Of a stretch of DNA of 64,000 nt, positions 57,205 through 64,000 are shown piece by piece. Each line of letters opens with the position of its first letter. Within the stretch, counting starts at the first letter, position 1. The translations under genes and the position numbers were made by a program. The notes under the pieces were generated by a model. That model was not told the DNA's origin, did not search any database, and worked only from the letters and a program-made list of their open reading frames with translations. The stretch covers positions 832,001-896,000 of the forward strand of contig CAWBCJ010000029.1 of NCBI GenBank assembly GCA_963787255.1, read 5' to 3'. Source of the DNA: Methanobacteriota archaeon (GTDB lineage: Archaea; Methanobacteriota; Methanobacteria; Methanobacteriales; Methanobacteriaceae).

Positions 57205-57390
57205 ATGGGAGCAATAACAGTATGCATTCCTGATGAACTAGAAATCGCATTTAGAAGGATCACAAGAGAGAAATACGGCGATAAACAGGGTAGATTATCT
57301 CGTGGAGCTACTGAAGCTCTCTTTGACTGGTGCAGAAAGGAAGGATTTGAGTATCAGTATACCGAAGATGATAATATCACTTGCGAGTAA
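57205..57390 (+). CDS. Ribbon-helix-helix (CopG-like) protein
   Basis: ITVCIPDELE..FR......YG...G.LS....EAL..W: beta-alpha-alpha pattern; AGGTGAGG SD. Confidence 0.75.
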   Translation: MGAITVCIPDELEIAFRRITREKYGDKQGRLSRGATEALFDWCRKEGFEYQYTEDDNITCE

Positions 57391-57421
57391 CCCCTAATCC
57401 TCCAAAAAATGAGGTGATTAA

Positions 57422-57907
57422 ATGCTTGATTTAGGAATCCAGAAAGGAAATACAAGTTACGCAGATGAAGACTATGAAACTATCTATCTCTCTGATGTGG
57501 AAATAGGAAACGAAATAACTGGCGAAATATATGTATCAGAATTAAAAACAAAGGAATTCAAAGGAAACGAATTTCAGCAGTTTTATTTAATAATTAAAGA
57601 CCATGAAAACAAGCAGAAATGGGTTTGTAGTATAAATACTTCTGTATATACTAACGAGGACATTGTATCAATTTATGGTGCAAAAGGAGGTAGAGTTTAT
57701 CAGTTAATTGATACTTTAAACCATGCTTTAAATGATACAGAACTGGAGCAGCTTGAAAGTTATTCGGTGGTTTTTGACACATTCAGAGAAACAGTGAACG
57801 AAAAAGTAGATAAAGTAACTATAAAAGCAGTTCAGCCAAGTAATCCCAATGCCAAAACCCCTAATTTGATTGTAATTAAAGCTGAAGCTATCGAAGACGC
57901 TGAATAA
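57422..57907 (+). CDS. Hypothetical acidic, beta-rich protein likely co-transcribed with the RHH gene
   Basis: GAGGTGA SD; 161-aa ORF. Confidence 0.75.
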   Translation: MLDLGIQKGNTSYADEDYETIYLSDVEIGNEITGEIYVSELKTKEFKGNEFQQFYLIIKDHENKQKWVCSINTSVYTNEDIVSIYGAKGGRVYQLIDTLNHALNDTELEQLESYSVVFDTFRETVNEKVDKVTIKAVQPSNPNAKTPNLIVIKAEAIEDAE

Positions 57908-58023
57908 TTAGATTTTCTTATTTTTTTTAATAATTTTTTCTTGTATTTTCATTTTTAAAAACATTAATTTCAGTGAATCAAATTCTTAAATCCAATCTTA
58001 GACACAATTAGGACACTACTCTA

Positions 58024-58782
58024 ATGGAAAAATTCAAGGTTATAGAAAATCCCAGTATTAAAGAAACGGAAGAAATATTAGATGCAGGATTCAAAAATAA
58101 GGCGGTTTTAATAATTACGGCTTGTTGCAGGGTTTCTTATGAAGGTAGGGCCAAAAGTAATCTTGAATCAGGTGATAGAGTTATTATAATTAAACCAGAT
58201 GGTTCTTTCCTGGTTCATAAAAGTGAGAAGAGAAACCCTGTTAATTGGCAACCGCCAGGCTGTAAGGTTAAATTCCATTCTGAAAAAGGATTAATAATAC
58301 TAAAAAGCCTTAGAAATAAACCAAAGGAAATACTTGAAGTTGAAATTTCTAAAACACATGTTATAATGTATTTTATTCTCCAGGATGATAATGACTTAAA
58401 TCTGACGGGAAGTGAAGAGGAAATGTCCAATTACATCTTTTATGAAAATCCAGAAATCATTGAAAAAGGATTTAAACCACTTGCCCGGGAGAAATCCATC
58501 TCTAATGGGATAATTGATATTATGGGGAAGGATAAAAATGGAAATCTTGTAGTTTTAGAGCTTAAAAGAGGAAGGGCAACTTTAGATGCTGTAAGCCAGC
58601 TAAAGCGGTACATTGATAATTTAGGTGAGGAAAATGGAGATTTAAGGGGAATTTTAGTTGCCCCTTCTATAACTGAAAGTGCATTTAAACTTCTTTCAAG
58701 TTATGGACTTGAATTCAGGGAAGTACATCCCCCAATAAAATCTAAAATGCATAAAACGATTAATATGGATTTTTTTCCCTAA
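58024..58782 (+). CDS. nucS: Endonuclease NucS/EndoMS
   Basis: Y.GRA.S.L..G, IKPDGS, PVNWQP, IDI.G.D, ELKR and QL.RY motifs. Confidence 0.93.
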   Translation: MEKFKVIENPSIKETEEILDAGFKNKAVLIITACCRVSYEGRAKSNLESGDRVIIIKPDGSFLVHKSEKRNPVNWQPPGCKVKFHSEKGLIILKSLRNKPKEILEVEISKTHVIMYFILQDDNDLNLTGSEEEMSNYIFYENPEIIEKGFKPLAREKSISNGIIDIMGKDKNGNLVVLELKRGRATLDAVSQLKRYIDNLGEENGDLRGILVAPSITESAFKLLSSYGLEFREVHPPIKSKMHKTINMDFFP

Positions 58783-59022
58783 TCAATTTAGTTAGTATTA
58801 AGTAACATAAAATTGAATACGTTAATTTAGTTTTCCAATATAGTTTCCTCGGCGCTTATATAAAAGGAAATTCAAAATAAAAAGTAAGAAAATTAATTTT
58901 TTTAATTTAAAAGCAATATAAAAAACAGTTTACTATTTAAATGGGTTATATTTTATTTTTCAATTAATTTAATATAGATATTACTACACTGTAAATAATT
59001 TAAAAAGATAGGAGGACTCTTT

Positions 59023-59430
59023 ATGCAAACAATAAAAATTAATAGAGATATTGAATTTGAAAAAAAAGTTCTTCTATGCATCTATTGAACCGCACGGAAG
59101 GCATCCACTACAGAAGGATGCGCGCCTTTTTACATAAGAAAAATAGCCACTACAAACAATATACATACTCCACCACCCAGAAAATTGCTTAAATTATCAA
59201 ATAGATTGTTTTCAGATATTCAAAAAGATCTGGAAGATTTTGAACATTTGGAAGTAGAAATGCACCTTGGAGAAGAAATATTAAACGCTAGTTTTAGGAA
59301 TGAAAACTTTTCAATTTCAACATCCAATAATAAAGAACTTGAAACTGAAATAACTGATGAAATTAATGAACAATTTAAAAAGAAATATCCAAGAACTTGT
59401 CCGCAGTTTTTACGCAGAGTCTACAAATAA
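59023..59430 (+). CDS. Hypothetical protein with in-frame TGA at 59086-59088
   Basis: GGAGG SD, ATG 59023; MQTIK...LLCIY*TARKASTTEGCAPF continues in frame into the 59185-59430 ORF. Confidence 0.7.
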
Positions 59431-59471
59431 AGAAAAATTAGTTAGTTTTTAAATAAAATAAATTAGGGGAA

Positions 59472-61072
<1,601 letters not shown>

Positions 61073-61084
61073 GTAATTCACAAC

Positions 61085-61291
61085 CTATCCTTCTTCGTCC
61101 CATAATCCTAATTCTTCTTCTTCCATCTTTTTTTCTTTTTTATGCCATTCCATTTCTTCTTTAATTTGCTCTTCTTCGTCTTCTCCACCCTTATTCCAGT
61201 TAAGTATTCCATAAACTACGCACAAGAGCATGCTTAATACAGTAAGAATGTAAGCACTCCAAACCCAAGGGTCGGCAATTCCTAAGACCAC
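61085..61291 (-). CDS. Small single-TM symporter accessory protein
   Basis: LGI.DPWVW.AY...LLCVVYG..NWN followed by an acidic tail; GGAGGTGA SD; directly upstream of the SSS gene. Confidence 0.8.
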   Translation of the reverse strand: MVLGIADPWVWSAYILTVLSMLLCVVYGILNWNKGGEDEEEQIKEEMEWHKKEKKMEEEELGLWDEEG

Positions 61292-61673
61292 ATTTTCACC
61301 TCCTTTTGATTATTGTTTTCTTTGAGAATAATACACGATTAATAATTAAAGATAGAAACCTTTTATATTTATCTATTTTAATTTATTGAGTATGGAGATG
61401 TTATTTGGTGGTAAATAAAGAACTTTAATATGGGAAGATTAATTGATATTATTTGTTAAAAACCAAAAAATTTCGATTTGGGGGTTAATATGGATTAAAT
61501 ATTGAAAATAAATGAATCTGGAGAGTAATTATTAAATTTATGGAAAAAATGGTTAAATATAACTCAGAGGTATTTTTTTATTTCTAAAATAACAGCAAAA
61601 TTAAAATATTAAATTTTAGAAAGGATAATAAAATCTAGTATTAATAATAAACTATGAAAATATTCTATTTAAG

Positions 61674-62033
61674 GTGAAGATTATGAAATTAACCAAAGAA
61701 GAAGTGCAAATACTTCAAGAACAGCTAATTTTGATTTATAAGGTCATACATCAAAATAGGATGGCAAATTCTTTTTATTTTCAGGGTATTGAAACTCAAA
61801 GTTCCTCAAGCGCATTAATCAACAGAATCAATGAACTTGAAAACCCTGAAGAAATACTAAAAACATGTATCGTGGAACTTGAAGAAATAAAAGAAGATAA
61901 GAGCTTGAAAAAGGAAATTTTCAATGAAATAATGGAAAGTTATGATATAAGTTTTATGAATAAAAAATATAACATAAAAAAAGTTGAAGATTTAGATAAA
62001 CTGGATATTAAGGAGTTACTGTGTTTATTATAA
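61674..62033 (+). CDS. Hypothetical helical protein
   Basis: 119-aa ORF with AGGTGA SD-like site. Confidence 0.65.
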   Translation: MKIMKLTKEEVQILQEQLILIYKVIHQNRMANSFYFQGIETQSSSSALINRINELENPEEILKTCIVELEEIKEDKSLKKEIFNEIMESYDISFMNKKYNIKKVEDLDKLDIKELLCLL

Positions 62034-62064
62034 TATTATTAAAAAAAATAGGTTTTAAGTAGTT

Positions 62065-63495
62065 TCACTTAAAACTGAAAAGAGAAACCTGCTTTTCATT
62101 ATTTTCAGAATTCTCTTCTTTTTTAGTTGAATCTTCTTTAGATATATCTTTTTCACTATTTTTATCCTTAGATTTCTTCTTTTTGGTTACAGTTTTTTCA
62201 ACGCTACCTTCATTAGCCTTTTTCACCGTTTTAGATGGTTTAGATTTGGGATTTACCTTTTTCGCCTTAGCTTTTTTAGGTATTTTAACTTTTCTTGATC
62301 TAAAAAGCTTTACTTCGTCAGCTTCAAGTCCAAAGTAGGTCATCATGTTATAAGCTATTTCATCATCTTGAAACATAACTTCAAAATAGGGGAATTGAGA
62401 TATGGCAACTTTTTTGGATGTGTGAAGCTTTTCAGCAATTTTACTCGCAACTCTATCTTGTAAATCTCTTTTACCTCTGCTTTTAGAAAGCATGGTGTAA
62501 ACGGAGGAATTGGAATAACGTGCGAACTTTTTATAGGTTTCCTCTTTAGAAAGAGCAACTCCTAAACTCATGAGATCATAAGCATATTTCCAGTAAGTGT
62601 AAGCACGAGTTGAAAATGCTCTCCCCAGGTAAATATCAGCTTCAGAAACCATTTCGTAAGCTTTTTCTATCTCTTCTTTCTTTTCATATTCACGGGGGAT
62701 ATTTTCCGCCACAATTTCGAGTAAAAGGGATGGATCAGCTTCTACTTGTCGCAGCGCACCCTTAATTCTGGACGGATTTTTACTTTTTAAAATGGTTCTT
62801 ACAGCATCAAAAACTGTTGATCTTTCATCTTTTTGGGCTATTAGTTCAAGATCTTTAGATGTTATCTTTTCTTCGCCTTGGGCAATGATTTGAAGATCTC
62901 CTATTGCTGACCTTAAATCCCCTCGGGATCTTTTAGCAAGTTCTCTTATTACATGTTCTTCAAAATCTACTCCTTCTTTTATACATATCCGCTTTAAAAG
63001 AGAAACAATTGAGTTTGTATGGACCTTACGCAAATTAATAACGTGACATTTAGTTTTAAAGCTCTTAATTCTGTTACTGTAAGGATCATTAGCCATCATT
63101 ATAACTGGCTGGATTCCTTCCTTTATTATTTTGTTAATTGCCCTTGATCCGCCCCGGTCATCATTTCCATGAAGTCCATCAACTTCATCAAGAATTATTA
63201 ATTTTAATTTACCTCCGAATAAAGTCATTGAGGCTGATGCCTCACCTACCGTACTCATAATTGCATCATAGGATCGCTTATCACTTGCATTTAATTCTAT
63301 GGAATCTGAAAATTCCCCTGCAATTAAATGTGCAAATGTAGTTTTACCTGTGCCTGGAGGACCTAAAAGAAAGAGGCATTTTTGAGGATTACCCTCTTTC
63401 CAATTATCTAACCACTGAAGGATCTCTTTTTTCGCTTTTAAATTTCCTAAAACTTCATCAAAGTTTTTAGGGTGGTATTTTTCTGTCCACAACAT
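62065..63495 (-). CDS. rfcL: Replication factor C large subunit
   Basis: [24 protein letters not shown]; C-terminal PIP-box QVSLFSF. Confidence 0.95.
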   Translation of the reverse strand: MLWTEKYHPKNFDEVLGNLKAKKEILQWLDNWKEGNPQKCLFLLGPPGTGKTTFAHLIAGEFSDSIELNASDKRSYDAIMSTVGEASASMTLFGGKLKLIILDEVDGLHGNDDRGGSRAINKIIKEGIQPVIMMANDPYSNRIKSFKTKCHVINLRKVHTNSIVSLLKRICIKEGVDFEEHVIRELAKRSRGDLRSAIGDLQIIAQGEEKITSKDLELIAQKDERSTVFDAVRTILKSKNPSRIKGALRQVEADPSLLLEIVAENIPREYEKKEEIEKAYEMVSEADIYLGRAFSTRAYTYWKYAYDLMSLGVALSKEETYKKFARYSNSSVYTMLSKSRGKRDLQDRVASKIAEKLHTSKKVAISQFPYFEVMFQDDEIAYNMMTYFGLEADEVKLFRSRKVKIPKKAKAKKVNPKSKPSKTVKKANEGSVEKTVTKKKKSKDKNSEKDISKEDSTKKEENSENNEKQVSLFSFK

Positions 63496-64000
63496 TTAAT
63501 CTGCCTTTGCTTTTAATAAGAACTTGGTTAGGAGCGCTTCAAGTTGTATTCGAGGATTTGAACCTTCTCTGATTCTGTAATCGTATTCTCCTATGCTTTG
63601 AATTAAATCTACATATGCATTGTCTTCAATGAGATTTTCCATGGACATTCTTGAAACTTCCTGATAAATTTGAGTGATCATATCCTCACCGCTGGTACCT
63701 TGAATAACCATAACTTCTCTTAGAAGGTCTCTTGCACCTAAAAAATCTCCATTTAAGGCCATTCTTACAATTTTCCTCACATCTTGAGGTTTTGCCTTGG
63801 AAACGATTTCGTGTATGCTGTCATCTGTGATTTCTTCAGTAGTGGATGCTGACGCTTGAAGTATGTTAATTGCCTTTCTTAGATCTCCTTCAGCAAAATA
63901 AACAATACTTTCAATCGCGCTTCTTGAAACTTTAAGATTTTCAGCTTCTGCTATTAATTCAAGTCGTTGGATTATATGATTGCCTTTTACAGGAGCAAAT
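63496..64000 (-). CDS. rfcS: Replication factor C small subunit, 3' part; starts beyond the window
   Basis: [12 protein letters not shown] and [12 protein letters not shown] motifs; open to window end. Confidence 0.93.
   Translation of the reverse strand, partial: FAPVKGNHIIQRLELIAEAENLKVSRSAIESIVYFAEGDLRKAINILQASASTTEEITDDSIHEIVSKAKPQDVRKIVRMALNGDFLGARDLLREVMVIQGTSGEDMITQIYQEVSRMSMENLIEDNAYVDLIQSIGEYDYRIREGSNPRIQLEALLTKFLLKAKAD

Overview
AT-rich archaeal chromosome segment, almost certainly a Methanobacteriaceae methanogen (Methanobacterium-like), judged from hdrBC, 2-phosphoglycerate kinase, the methanogenesis-marker operon with nifB, archaeal SRP RNA plus tRNA-Ser, rfcS/rfcL and nucS. Positions 0.4-14.2 kb are a pilin/glycosylation island: two class III signal-peptide pilins, a broken AglB/STT3 paralogue, GT2/GT4/GT-C enzymes, a Wzx flippase and a methyltransferase. 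The most striking unexplained structure is there. Two displaced copies of the 3' end of the flanking gene yjjX (about 5868-5971 and 3836-3947) and a decayed pilin copy (3545-3691) sit at module boundaries, suggesting the island grew by repeated homology-anchored capture of glycosylation cassettes with no integrase in view. Other notable items are a structured repeat element between a Nob1-like gene and moaB, an RHH gene with a five-heptad candidate operator, a bacterial-type SRPBCC/VOC cluster with a deletion chimera, HdrC with a long N-terminal extension and an internal start, and two in-frame TGA codons. Many conserved genes carry single indels, which are probably assembly errors. All calls were made by eye; no searches were run.
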